Origin: Macrostomum lignano
Lineage: Eukaryota
Reading direction: 5' to 3'
DNA: 64,000 nt
NCBI GenBank assembly: GCA_002269645.1
Contig: NIVC01001733.1
Coordinates: 180,345-244,344 of the forward strand
Shown: in pieces, positions 12,560 through 33,557 of the stretch
How positions within the stretch are numbered: position 1 is the stretch's first letter
Layout of the letters: the number at the start of each line of letters is the position of its first letter
Program-made: the position numbers and the translations under genes
The notes under the pieces: generated by a model
Seen by the model: only the letters and a program-made list of their open reading frames with translations
What the model was told of the DNA's origin: nothing
Database searches by the model: none

Positions 12560-15104
12560 TGACGCGGGCTGCGGGCAAGTCGTAGGTTGTGGCCGTGGCA
12601 CGCGAGTTTAAATTGGTGGGCAAATAATTATTCAGCTGCAATAAACACAATGCCCATATGGGATAAAATGTTTCATGCTTTTTCCGAACAAGCTGCCCAT
12701 TTTAAAGAAGTAAAATATTTTTTTCAAAACTGATTAAACAATATGTTAATCCATTGCACATAGATAGAATTGTAGCAATTAGTAACAACAAATTAGTTGC
12801 TTATAAAAGCTACATGATTAAATAAAGTAGAAATCCTAACCAGATAAATTATTCCTAAAATAAACTGAAAAATTGTAGCAGCTACATCAACTGAAACATC
12901 TCAAAATTGCATAGCTCTGAGGAATCAGAGTCTAAATCTAAAAGCTGAATTCTACAAGTGTAAAAGCTAAAATGTGCATGTGTTTTAATAAATAAGACTT
13001 AAAGCAAAACATAATTTTTGATAGCTGAATATTTGCTTAGCTATGAAGGCGCTGGCTTTCCTATTAGTCATCAGGGTAAACTAAATTTTATCATTTTTTA
13101 CTTATACGCGCGTAAAAAGTTACTTTAATTCTTCTTTGAACATTCTGGTGGCCTTGCAGCACAAAAAATACACATTGACAGAAAATCCAATAAAAATCCC
13201 ATTTCTTGTCACCATCATAGATAAAGAGATCACTATTTATGTCGTTTGAATATGATAATAAAATGTTTCAAGAAAAATTACAGCTTTATATTTTCTATAA
13301 CAGCTTTGTTTTATTCGATATAAACACAGTCAATGTCAGAGTTGCAATCAAGGCATTATATTTCTAATTTGATTTGTGTATAATAATCACAAGGACTACT
13401 TAAGTTATGAAAGTTATAACTTTAGAGCCTTGAGTAGGAGTTGCTCTCAGAATAATCAGCTGAGAAAGTGAAACTAAAAAATAAAGCTTTCTTGATAACA
13501 ATTTTATCTTTAGTTTAGATCAAAATTATGTAAAAATGAAAACTTATTGATTATAAGCACTTGCTAAAGCTTTTTTATTTTGCATAATTATTGGTGTAAT
13601 AGTTATTGATTTGTTTAAACTAATAAAAAACCGAGGAAAAAGAAAATAAAAAGAATCCGGCGCTTTACATTAAAAAATTAAGTATGTACAAAAAGGAAAA
13701 GGAAATTAATCAGCTTAAGAAACTTACTTCTGCTTTAACTTTTCTGAAAAACTAGCTTATCTTTCTAAAAAAATCAAAACACGGAAGTTGTCTTTCTGAC
13801 TACTAGTGTCTTTGATAGGAAACAAGCCCATAAAAAATTGTATGTCGGGTCATGTTTTTTTTACGAATTTTTAATTTAAATATGTACGCAATTCTAGATT
13901 ATTTAAAGAAAAACATTTCTACTTAGCACTGCATTGCATTAAAAGTAAATTCTTACCTAATAAATTTTTCAGCGTTTGAAACACTTGGGCATTGATAGCC
14001 ACTTTTGACAGCTTGACAGCAAAATGCTACTGTATAGCCGAAACGATTCCAAATTGTCAATTCATTTAAATAATTTCAAATTGTCAATCAATTGTTACGA
14101 TAAAAAGCTCTTTTACGAGCGCCAGAGAAATGTTTTACAAAGACTAAACAGTTGATTATGGATGAAAATGGGCACATTTTATTGAAAATAAGTTAACATT
14201 CTGTATAATTAACATCAAAGCGCATTGGGCAAAGTGACATTTGCAGTATTGCTGTAACTAGGACATGAGACGCGCCTGGTAGTGGTAATTGTTAGTGCAT
14301 ACATGACAATGTACATGTACATCAAAGCATTAGTTAGTCAGCTGATGTTTATTAATATTTTTAAACAGTCACGGTATTTTAACGAGGCCAACAAAGTTCA
14401 AAATAGCCACGGAATGGTGCACTATCCATTTGATTACGGAATAATAAGCTGAGCTATTTTTCAGCAACAACGAATTGCGAAAGCTGGAATCAATTTTTTT
14501 CTGCAACCGAGTGCTGAAGGGAAAGCAGAGCAGAGCAGCAGACATTTCGTAAGTATGAAGAATTATTAATACAAATAAATACACTGAGTAACTGAAGATA
14601 ATATTTTTAGATAATCTACAAACAAAAAGATCCCGAATGCGTACTAACCTACTTACAGTAGTGTGCAAAGAAATTTGCAAATATATTGGCAAAAATGAAT
14701 AAAAACTATAAGCAAACACAGGAGTGGCATTAATAGTTTTCATCCAACTATCATGTCTGATTGCAAGAGAAAATTCAAACCGACTGATTGGTGCGGCCGG
14801 CCTGGGCTCGAGAAATAAGCATTGAGCATTCATCCAAGTATTTTAACTGATTGATTGAGTAGAGAGAATTACAAAAAATGACTCGAATAATTTCTGTTGC
14901 TTTCGACTGAGACTCGGGCAGCCTGCCTTGTTGCATCGAGGGCTGGCTTCAAGCGCCAGGAGTTGCCGTTAGGATAGCATGCGGCAGGTGAGTCACTTCA
15001 GGTGCTTTCACTGACGCATTGCCTGAAGTTATATTTTCAGGAGGCTCCAAATTATTGAATGGGAATTGGACTTAAGGGATGCACAGACCTGACAACTAAG
15101 GCCT

Positions 15105-15296
15105 TAGAGAATGGGATCAATGGGATCTAAAAGATTAGGGGATCAATGGGATTTAAGAGATTGGGGGATCAATGGGATCCAAGTGATTGGGGGATCAATG
15201 GGATCTAAGCGATTGGGATCAATGGGATCCAAGTAATTGGGATCTAAGCGATTGGGATCAATGGGATCTAAGCGATTGGGGGATCAATGGGATCTG
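15105..15296 (+). repeat. gggatcaatgggatctaagcgattgg minisatellite
   Basis: Direct reading. Confidence 0.85.
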
Positions 15297-15331
15297 GCTG
15301 ACTGTCACCGGACACCAGGAACCGCGGTGAC

Positions 15332-18300
15332 TCACTTGACCTGCAGCAGGGTGCGGCACCGGCCCTGCAGCCGGCTGATCTTGTCGAACACCTTGACCGC
15401 AGGCCCCAGCTTCAGGCCCAAGCCCGTCAGGACGTCCATCCGCTTCATCAGCATCAGCGAGGCGCCGTCGATCTCCTGCTCAACGCAGGCCTGCGCAGCC
15501 AGCGGGAAGCCTTCGCCGTCCAGCCAGCTGCGGACCTGCGCGATGCTCCACAGGCTGGCGTCGCCCGCCAGCTGCGCCTGCGACTCCTGCGGCGGTGGCT
15601 GCTGACCGGAGCTGAGGAATCATAATTGGTGAGGATTATGGATCATTGTAGCCTGAAGTTGAAAACCCATAAATCACGGATCCCAAAGCCATAAATCAGG
15701 GACCCCAAGAGCCATAAATCAGGGACCCCAAGAGCCATAAATCAGGGATCCCAAGAGCCATAAATCAGGGATCCCGAAAGCCCATAAATCAGGGATCCCA
15801 AAAGCCCATAAATCAGGGATCCCAAGAGCCATAAATCTAGGATTCCGAAGCCCATAAATCAGGAATCTCATAAACCATAAATCAGGGATCCCAAAAGCCC
15901 ATAAATCAGGGATCCCAAGAGCCATAAATCTGGGATTCCGAAGCCCATAAATCAGGAATCTCATAAACCATAAATCAGGGATCCCGAAAGCCATAAATCA
16001 GGGATCCCGAAAGCCATAAATCAGGGATTCCAAAAGCCCATAAATCAAGGATTCCAAAAGCCATAAATCAGGGATTCCGAAGCCCATAAATCAGGAATCT
16101 CATAAACCATAAATCAGGGATCCCGAAAGCCATAAATCAGGGATTCCAAAAGCCATAAATCATGGATCCCAAAAGCCATAAATCAGGGATTCCGAAGCCC
16201 ATAAATCAGGGATTCCGAAGCCCATAAATCAGGAATCTCAAACCATAAATCCGGGATCCCGAAAGCCATAAATCAGGGACTCCAAAAGCCATAAATCTGT
16301 AATTCCAAAAGCCATAAATCAGGGATTCCAAAAGCCATAAGCCATAAATAAAAACATAAAGGATCCCATAGAACCAACAGACCCGTCCACTCGCTCCTCC
16401 TCCCGGCAGCGGCTGCACACCCACTTGGCGTCGCTGGCTGGTCGCTCGGTGACGCGGGGCCGGTGGCAGCTGACGTGGTAGCCTTTGTCGCAGGCGTCGC
16501 AGATCAGGATGAGCTCGGGGTCGCCGCTGCCTGAGCACACGCAGCAGGTCTTGCACTCGGAGCACTGCCACGGCGACTGGCAGGCCCTGGCGGCCAGCTC
16601 CGGCCCATACAGCATGCAGCTGGGGTGCGCCTGGGGCGGGCGGGTGCTGCGTGGCAGGGCTGATCCCAATCGCCATGGCTCTGATCCCACTCATAGCGGC
16701 TCTAATCCCACTCATAGCGGCTCTGATCCCACTCATAGCGGCTCTGATCTCACTCATAGCGGCTCTGATCCCAATCCCCACGGCTCTGATCCCAATCCCC
16801 ACGGCTCTGATCCAAATCACCATGGCTCTGATCCCACTCATAACGGCTCTGATCTCACTCATAACGGCTCTGATCCCAATCGCCACGGCTCTGATCCCAA
16901 TCCCCACGGCTCTGATCCCAATCCCCACGGCTCTGATCCCAATCCCCACGGCTCTGATCCCAATCACCATGGCTCTGATTCCAATCACCATGGCTCTGAT
17001 TCCAATCCCCACGGCTCTGATCCCAATCCCCACGGCTCTGATCCCGATCCCCACGGCTCTGATCCCAATCCCCACGGCTCTGATCCCAATCCCCACGGCT
17101 CTGATCCCAATCCCCACGGCTGATCTCAACTTGGGGCCACGGCTCTGATCCCAATCGCCACGGCTATCACAAGTCAACCCAACTCGACAAAGCGGCCCGC
17201 GATTCGACATCCTAACTCGTCTTTTCAACATCCGCATTAAAGATCCCATTACTATTCACTCCTTGTCCCAGTCTCCATCCCCGACTATATTCCCACCCAT
17301 CAAAATTTAAATCCCACATCCCATCCCACACTGAATCCCATCCCCCAAATCCCATTCAGTGCCGATCCCAACCCCACCTTGTGCGCGCAGTCCCGGCAGC
17401 GCAGCATCCGCTCGGGGACGCCCATGCGATTCGCACTTGGAGGCGACTGGCAGAAGTCGCACAGGTCCGGTGAATTCGCCGAGACGCCGCCGCCGCCGCC
17501 GCCGCCACCGCTGGCCGAGGCGGCCGCGTCCATGGAGGATGAGGAGGCGGAGGGGGCGCGAGAGGCCACCACCGGCGACTTCTTCCGACGGCGGCGTCGA
17601 CGCGGAGCGCCGCACAGCCGCAGGTCCAGCGGCGTCGAGCCGGCACCCGCTGCTCGCTTGACGGCCGGCGGCCCGACAAATTCGTCGCCGTCGCCGTCAT
17701 CGCCGTTGTCGTTGTCAGCATCGTCAACGACTGCAGCGGCCACGGCGGCCACGGCGGCAGCGGCGGCGGCTCGGCGCCGTTTGGCGAGCTGCACCCGCTC
17801 CTTGCGGCGGCGCAGGGCCGCCTGGCGCCGCGAGCCGTCCAAGTCGAGCTGGAAGCGGCTGGGCCCGAGACGGAACAGCCGGCCGGCGGCGGCCTCCCGC
17901 TCCAGCGCCTCGGACAGGGCGGTGGTCGACATTGGGGGGACTTCGGCATGCTGGCGGAATGCAGATGGGACGAAATGCGAGATAGAGAAAAAAGTGGACG
18001 GCCAAGGTGTGCGGGAAAAAGCGAAAGGGCGGGGACAATATGGAGGGAGAGGGAGATGGGGAGAAGAGGGAGAGGGAGATGGGGAGAAGAGGGAGAGGGA
18101 GATGGGGAGAAGAGGGAGAGGGAGATGGGGAGAAGAGGGAGAGGGAGATGGGGAGAAGAGGGAGAGGGAGATGGGGAGAAGAGGGAGAGGGAGATGGGGA
18201 GAAGAGGGAGAGGGAGATGGGAGAAGAGGGAGAGGGAGATGGGGAGAAGAGGGAGAGGGAGATGGGAGAAGAGGGAGAGGGAGATGGGAGAAGAGGGAGA

Positions 18301-19643
18301 GGGAGATAGGGAAAAGAGGGAGAGCGAGATAGGGAGAAGAGGGAGAGGGAGATAGGGAGAAGAGGGAGAGGGGAATAGAGAGAAGAGGGAGAGGGAGATA
18401 GGGAGAAGAGGGAGAGGGAGATGGGGAGAAGAGGGAGAGGGGAATAGGGAGAAGATGGAGAGGGAGATAGGGAGAAGAGGGAAGGGGATAAGGAGAAGAG
18501 GGAGAGGGAGATAGGGAGAAGAGGGAGAGGGAGATAGGGAGAAGAGGGAAGGGGATAAGGAGAGGGAGAGGGGAGAGGAAGAAGGGCAGCGGGGAGATTG
18601 GGATGAGAGGAAGAGAGGGGGAGGGAGTTAATGAGGTCTATCAGCCAAACTCTCTCCCTATTAATCCCTATTGGAATAATTTGAAAAAGCCGCGGACGCG
18701 CCACACAGGCCACAAAATATGGCGCCCCAAAAGCGCGATGCAAACACCGAAGATTACGGTTATTATTACGGTTACATAGTAGCCATAATGCAACACCTCA
18801 GCCCGCGCGTTTTCTTAATTTTCCAGAGTCGCGACACTGGAAAATTCCTTACTTCGTTCAATGGAAAACATCGCAGCTAAGGACTGTTGCAGAGACCGGC
18901 ATGACAATGGGGATGTGCAGGGATTAAGCCTGCAGAGACCGGCATGACAATGGGGATGTGCAGGGATTAAGCCTGCAGAGATCGGCATGACAATGGGGAT
19001 GTGCAGGGATTAAGTCTGCAGAGACCGGCATGACAATGGGGATGTGCAGGGATTAAGCCTGCAGAGACCGGCATGACAATGGGGATGTGCAGGGATTAAG
19101 TCTGCAGAGACCGGCATGACAATGGGATGTGCAGGGATTAAGCCTGCAGAGACCGGCATGACAATGGGGATGTGCAGGGATTAAGCCTGCAGAGACCGGC
19201 ATGACAATGTGGATGTGCAGGGATTAAGCCTGCAGAGACCGGCATGACAATGGGGATGTGCAGGGATTAAGCCCCATAAGTCAATCAGCGGCACCGCACC
19301 TGCTGCAGCAGCAGCATCCGAGCGTGCAGAATCTGGACGGTGAAGGTGGCACCGTCCGGGAGGCTCTTGGCCGCGGCGAGCACCCGCTGGGTGGTGTCCG
19401 GGCTGTTCCGGTCGCTGGCCAGCTCCTTCCGGCGGTGCCAGCTGGAGGCGTTTCGGTAGGACACGGAGCCCTTGTACTCCACCCGCATCACCTGGCGCTG
19501 TTCGACAAGGCGCTGCAGGATGCTGGCCACGGCATCCCGGGTGAGCTCGGCGCCTCCGGGATTCTGCTGCCGCTGACGGTTGGCCTGGTGAAGCGGGGCG
19601 GCGGTTCGAACTGCGAATTGAGCGCTTCGGGGTTGAAATGATT
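15332..19643 (-). CDS. SAMD1: Chromatin protein: SAMD1/KAT6-type winged helix + second WH + double PHD finger + SAMD1(atherin)-type SAM
   Basis: Exons: 19643-19300 (LQRLVEQRQVMRVEYKGSVSYRNA); 17950-17378 (ALEREAAAGRLFRLGPSRFQL; LCDFCQ..PERMLRCRDCAHK); 16630-16383 (AHPSC..WQCSECKTCCVC..LICDACDKGYHVSCH..WVCSRC); 15611-15332 (WSIAQVRSWL..EQEIDGASLMLMKRMDVLTGLGLKLGPAVK). Phases are compatible. A candidate first exon at 20844-20793 is uncertain. The symbol reflects SAM/WH similarity only. Confidence 0.85.
15670..16345 (+). repeat. ~23-bp minisatellite (ccataaatcagggatcccaaaag), intronic
   Basis: Direct reading. Confidence 0.92.
16660..17165 (+). repeat. 21-bp minisatellite (ggctctgatcccaatccccac), intronic
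   Basis: Direct reading. Confidence 0.92.
18040..18625 (+). repeat. GA-rich repeat (gggagaagagggagagggagat), intronic
   Basis: Direct reading. Confidence 0.92.
18888..19275 (+). repeat. 43-bp minisatellite (gcagagaccggcatgacaatggggatgtgcagggattaagcct), about 9 copies
   Basis: Direct reading. Confidence 0.92.
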
Positions 19644-19869
19644 CTGGGAAATAATCTATAGGGAAAGAGTTGCCACTAGCAATGATGAGTCAGCTTCCAC
19701 TTTATGGCAGCGAATTCGGATTGGGTGACTCTTGGCCATAGACAGTTGGTTGACTGCCTACGCAGCTCGTTTCCTTCGGACTATGAGGCTCGCACCAACC
19801 TCTGCTCCTGCGAGCGTTCTAGCGAACATCAGGCGCCGAAAATGAATTTCAAGTGATTGACAGAGAAAA

Positions 19870-20765
19870 CAAGTTTCCGATGAGTATCCATCCGATTGAG
19901 AAACGAATTTCCGATGAGTATCCGATTGAGAAAATGAGTTTCCCATGAGTGTCCGACTGAGAAAATGAGTTTCTGGTGAGTGTCCGACTGAGAAAACGAG
20001 TTTCCGATGAGTATCCGACTGAGAAAATGAGTTTCCGATGAGTATCCGACTGAGAAAACGAGTTTCCGATGAGTATCCGACTGAGAAACGAGTTTCCGAT
20101 GAGTATCCGACTGAGAAAACGAGTTTCCGATGAGTATCCGACTGAGAAAACGAGTTTCCGATGAGTATCCGACTGAGAAAACGAGTTTCGATGAGTATCC
20201 GACTGAGAAAACGAGTTTCCGATGAGTATCCGACTGAGAAAATGAGTTTCCCATGAGTGTCCGACTGAGAAAATGAGTTTCCCATGAGTGTCTGAGAAAA
20301 TGAGTTTCCGATGAGTATCCGACTGAGAAAATGAGTTTCTGGTGAGTGTCCGACTGAGAAAATGAGTTTCTGGTGAGTGTCCGACTGAGAAAATGAGTTT
20401 CCCATGAGTGTCCGACTGATAAAATGAGTTTCCCATGAGTGTCCCACTGAGAAAATGAGTTTCCCATGAGTGTCCGACTGAGAAAACGAGTTTCCGATGA
20501 GTATCCGACTGAGAAAATGAGTTTCCCATGAGTGTCCGACTGAGAAAATGAGTTTCCCATGAGTGTATGAGAAAATGAGTTTCCGATGAGTATCCGACTG
20601 AGAAAATGAGTTTCTGGTGAGTGTCCGACTGAGAAAATGAGTTTCTGGTGAGTGTCCGACTGAGAAAATGAGTTTCCCATGAGTGTCCGACTGATAAAAT
20701 GAGTTTCCCATGAGTGTCCCACTGAGAAAATGAGTTTCCCATGAGTGTCCGACTGAAAAAATGAC
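19870..20765 (+). repeat. ~31-bp minisatellite (tttccgatgagtatccgactgagaaaatgag)
   Basis: Direct reading; source of three overlapping spurious ORFs. Confidence 0.92.
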
Positions 20766-21035
20766 TCAACTGAGTTTCTCATGCGATCATACGAATCGGA
20801 CAGGGTGTCCGCCTGCTGCTGCGCGGCTCTGATTGCTCCGGCATGGCCAAATAAAAGGCAAAGGAAGATGGACTCTCGTGTCTTTGTTTTTGAGAGGCGC
20901 GAAAGAAGAGCAAATTGCGGCCTTTTCTCTAAACTTTCTTGCCTCTTAAACAAGCTCGATTTTCACTTAGCAAGCAACCAGGGCCGCTATTTAAGCTATT
21001 TTACTTCCAGTTCTAAAGGCAAAAGCCGCTCCGGT

Positions 21036-21060
21036 GTCGCGCGACGCGTTTGCGCGCAAA
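21036..21060. promoter_or_regulatory. CpG-rich palindromes (gtcgcgcgac, tttgcgcgcaaa; E2F-like) upstream of the SAMD1-like gene
   Basis: The palindromes are seen directly; a promoter role is inferred from position. Confidence 0.3.
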
Positions 21061-22109
21061 AATTGGGGGCCCGCCCGCTCGCAAAAGTCCCGGCGGTCCA
21101 AAGGGAAACGCAGCAGAAAAGAGAAAAGGTGGCAGGCGCGGCCCGGGCTGGACTGCTTTGGCTAGCTGGGGTCTGGGCTGTGTAGAGTTTGGCTACAAGG
21201 TGAAGGCCCAGATGGGGGGTGGGGCGGGGGTTGGCTGAATTCGCGCGCCGGACCTAAAAGGGCGGAAAGGAGAGAGAAATTGGGGTGGCGGGCGCTGTTC
21301 TATTTTTAGAACTCATACGCTGAATTGGGGGACGGGTTGGAGCAACCCCGCCTCCCCCTGGCGCTCACTGGCTGGGTGGGTTTCAGGGGGTGGGTTTGTG
21401 AACAGAAGGCCGGGGTTGGCGTCTGGTTCAGGCAGGAGGTTGAGGCGCAGAAGGACCGCGGGTAGTACGCAAAAACGAGAAGACAGGACAGAACATTGGG
21501 GCTGTGGAGAAGAGCAGAATAGGAATTGCGCTTGCAAAAAAGAGGCAGCTTTGGTACCCCGCTCGGGCTCAGCGGACCGCCTCCCCCTCAAACACAGCCA
21601 GTCATGAGGCCGAGGGCTGAAAGAGGACTGCGAACTAGCCGAGGGAAAACCTTATCTTGCACAAATGGAGACGCCTCTCGATGCGATTTGCCAGTTCTCC
21701 GCGCGTTTCCCCTCTTTCTCACTCTTCCTCCATTGCGCAGCGGCTTCTGCTGTTTGCAACCGAAAAGTGGCATGGCAACGTTCCGCACTTCCGAGTTCGC
21801 TTGTAAATTTAAAGCTGTTTCGAATTCGAAATTTGCGATAGTAGAGCAGTCTGCGATGCAGACCGGGCACTACCAAGGGGTGTGTGTATGAAAAATGGCA
21901 CCATTCGAACAGGCTAAAATTATACTACTAGCGTATAAAAAAGGCAATGACGCTGCGCCAGTAGGGTCGGTATGGGATTCAAATTGTGAGTCCCTTAACA
22001 AGCATCGGGGTTATGAGATGATCAATCAGTTTCGGAGAAACTGAAAGGAACTCTTGAAATATTGGCGTCACTGAATCATGATCTCCAATCTCCATCACAC
22101 TCCAATCTA

Positions 22110-23540
22110 CACTACGCACCAAGGTTGGTAGAGTCCTGAACGCCCGGCCCGTCCGCATCAGGCTGTCGAGGAAGCGCTGAGTTCGCATCCCTCCTCGCCA
22201 AGTCAGCCGTCAGCGTGAACAGTAGCCCCTCATGAGTTCCGAGTCTCATCCGGGATGATAGCCTTCCAGTTGGAGTCGCATGCGAGGATGATATTGTCAA
22301 CCTGCTGGAGTCATCGCATGCGAGGATGATAGCCTTGCATGAGGATGATGTTGTCAGCCTGCTGGAGTCATCGCATGCGAGGATGATGTCAGCCTGCTGG
22401 AGTCATCGAAGGCGCGGATGATGTTTTCAGCCAGCTGGAGTCATCGGGGACACGGATGATGTTGTCAGCCTGCTGGAGTCATCGAAGGCGCGGATGATGT
22501 TGTCAGCCTGCTAGAATCATGCGCCCAGCATCTGCTCCAGGCGAATATTAATAACTTCAATATTAACTTTTACACTGATAGCCAAGCCGCTATTAAGGCC
22601 TTAACCACTGAGAATATCTCCGCTGCTACAGTATATCAATGCCACCGCAGTGTGCAATCCCTCTCAGTCCTTAACAGGATTAGAATTATCTGGACACCCG
22701 GTCACAGCAACATCCTGGGCAACGAGCTCGCGGACTCTCTCGCCAAGGAGGGCAGCAACCCAGACGGCAACCACCGTCTGATGAGGCTACCCACTCCCAG
22801 GTCGCAAGTCACCCGCCATATCAACAGGTGGCTCCATCAGCAGCACCAGCTCCACTGGAACAGCTGCACCGAGTACAGGCAAACCCGCTCTGCCATGCCT
22901 AACCTGAACAGGAAAGTCTCTGACTATCTGATCTCGCTTAACAGAACCGACCTCAGGGAGATGTGCATGGCCCTAACCGGCCATGGATTCTTCCAGAGAC
23001 ATATCTCGTTGCAAACCGGTTGCCCTCCCACCTGTCCTTTCTGTGGCATAAGAGAGGAGACCGCGGAGCATCACGTCACTTTCTGCCCTTACTTCAACAA
23101 GGCGCGGCACAAATACCTCGGCCACCCCCAGCGGATGGACGAGCTGACCACCCCGGACAATATCCGTGACCTTCGCGCCTTCGTCCGGGACTCCGGCCGG
23201 ATGAGAGTCGCCGATGCCTCCACTGCGAACCTGCCGACTATACTGGCGGGGACTGGGCGCACCCCCAAGGTTAATCCTTGTGCTCTTTTACCTTGGAGTT
23301 GCGATAGGGGCCTCGCGGCCTATTCGCGGCGCCTGCGCCCCCCGTCAGTAGAAAGTAAGTAAGTAGAGTCATCGCATGCGAGGATGATGTTGTCAGCCTG
23401 CTGGAGTCATCGAAGGCGCGGATGATGTTTTCAGCCATCTGGAGTCATCGGTGGCGAGGATGATGTTGTCAGCCTGCTGGAGTCATCGAAGGCGCGGATG
23501 ATGTGGCCTGTAATCTGGAGTCGCCTGTAGAAAAGCAAGT
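22110..23540 (-). mobile_element. Decayed non-LTR retrotransposon 3' coding remnant with an internally amplified ~35-38-bp repeat, interrupted by a second LINE
   Basis: The minus strand reads LLFYRRLQITGHIIRA near 23530, and frameshifted RMRLQLEG..GLLFTL..RTQRFLDSL at 22280-22150. This resembles the post-RT RRRLxxxGHxxR motif. Confidence 0.4.
22521..23364 (+). mobile_element. 5'-truncated LINE (LOA/I-like): RNase H C-half + CCHC motif, (AAGT)n tail
   Basis: [34 protein letters not shown]; [19 protein letters not shown]; tail aagtaagtaagt; imperfect possible TSD agaatcat/agagtcat. Confidence 0.9.
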
Positions 23541-24029
23541 CATGCCATTTTAAAACGAATGTTTCAGACGACTAGTGGGAGCCTCATCTTCTACGCTCGT
23601 ACGACTGACCCTCAGCGACTAACTGGCAGGCCCAAATCCTCGCGAACTTCGGGCACCAGACCACTCATTAGCCGCGAAAAATGCAGCATTAGCTGGAAAC
23701 CTGCAACCCCGATGTCGTCGTCCGGCATGCAACGCTGCGAACGGTCTTCTGTGTGGTTGAGTCACAAGCACATAGGCATGCGCTCGTATAAGCACGCTGC
23801 CAAATTTCGGCAAAAGGGTAACAAATCTAACAATTCCTACTTCATTTGAAGCTCTTTATCGCCATAAAATAAGTGAAGTATATCATATATTTATTTATTA
23901 TTTATTATTACTATTAATATTATTATTATTTATTTATTATTACGAGCGTATATTAGATATTAGGCTCATTAAAATGTTAAATGGTAAAAATGTGATTGCC
24001 GTAGAACAATGTGCACTCTTTTGAGCACA

Positions 24030-24190
24030 GACACAAGCGTGAAATTCGAGTTAGCACGGCTAGCTGGCACAAGCGTGCAATTCGAGTTAGCACGCCTAGC
24101 TGACACAAGCGTGAAATTAGAGTTAGCACGCCTAGCTGGCACAAGCGTGCAATTAGAGTTAGCACGCCTAGCTGGCACAAGCGCAATTGG
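24030..24190 (+). repeat. 36-bp repeat (ttagcacgcctagctggcacaagcgtgcaattcgag), about 4-5 copies
   Basis: Direct reading. Confidence 0.85.
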
Positions 24191-25136
24191 AATGGCGTGC
24201 CCAAGCCTGCGCTAAGGTCACTGCAGTTTTTGTGTACATATGCCAGTGCGCGCATATTTAACAAACTTGCCAAAAAACGCTCTTTCTTTTGCAGCTCTCG
24301 CCATAGCGAGTTTCAAGTGCGAAGCCAGTGTGGGAAACCCTAAAAAACTAGGGAAAGTGGGGGTTGTGACTCACATATCACAATCACAAAATATGCGTGA
24401 GAAAGTGAGACAATCACAAAATACGCTGTCAGGTTAGGTCTTATACGAGTAAACCATGAGCAGTGCCCACAGGGCGGGCCTCCTGGCTAGGGCGCGAACG
24501 TAGGCACTAGCCAGCTAGCCGTCAACGAAATGCCGAGTGCCTGTCCTCACCGGTAGGGTGCCGGCAGCTTCAGCAGCAGTACCTCTTGCACCGGCTGTGG
24601 GCAGTGCGATTCTGTACAGATAATACGTACGGCCTGCCAGCTGGAGTCGCAACAGGTCGCTTGAACAGACCAGGCGATAGAGCACCGCGTACATATTAAG
24701 GGCATTAAACCTTAAGAGTTTCTCAATGCATGCTCGAATCAGCTGTTTCAGCAAAGCCCTAAAGAGAGCCCTAAACGCATACATTTTGATGCGTCAGTAT
24801 CCATCCACTCCAGAAAAAATCCTGAGCGTCACGAACCCCATTGCCAATACGCACTTTTAATTGCATTGACTGCCACGTGACCGCAGGTAAGTCTAAGTCT
24901 CAACTTCAGTAGTTGAGCCTTTTTCGAATTTTTGCGTTATCATTGCCAGCAAAGATTTGCGTCATGGCAACTGGCGGCAGCGGCGCACTTCTGCCTTATC
25001 TGAAGGCTACAAAGCAAAATTCAATTGATAAGCGGAGTTACACTTAAAGGGTTCAGGAAACCATTTCTCTGTTTCGCTCTCGCTTTTTTGCACCTGACAT
25101 TTCAAATCTGTAGAAGACAGCAAGGACCAGCAAGGC

Positions 25137-33557
<8,421 letters not shown>

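Noticed and set aside
14654-14690. TA-CAGTAGTGTGCAAA Tc1-like terminal repeat
   Set aside because: No matching second TIR or transposase was found
19758-20953. Three overlapping 300+ aa ORFs
   Set aside because: A 31-bp minisatellite that is open in all frames
24551-24694. Possible minus-strand first exon (MYAVLYRLVCSS..TLP/gtgagg)
   Set aside because: Could not be linked in phase to any credible downstream exon; may be a retroelement remnant
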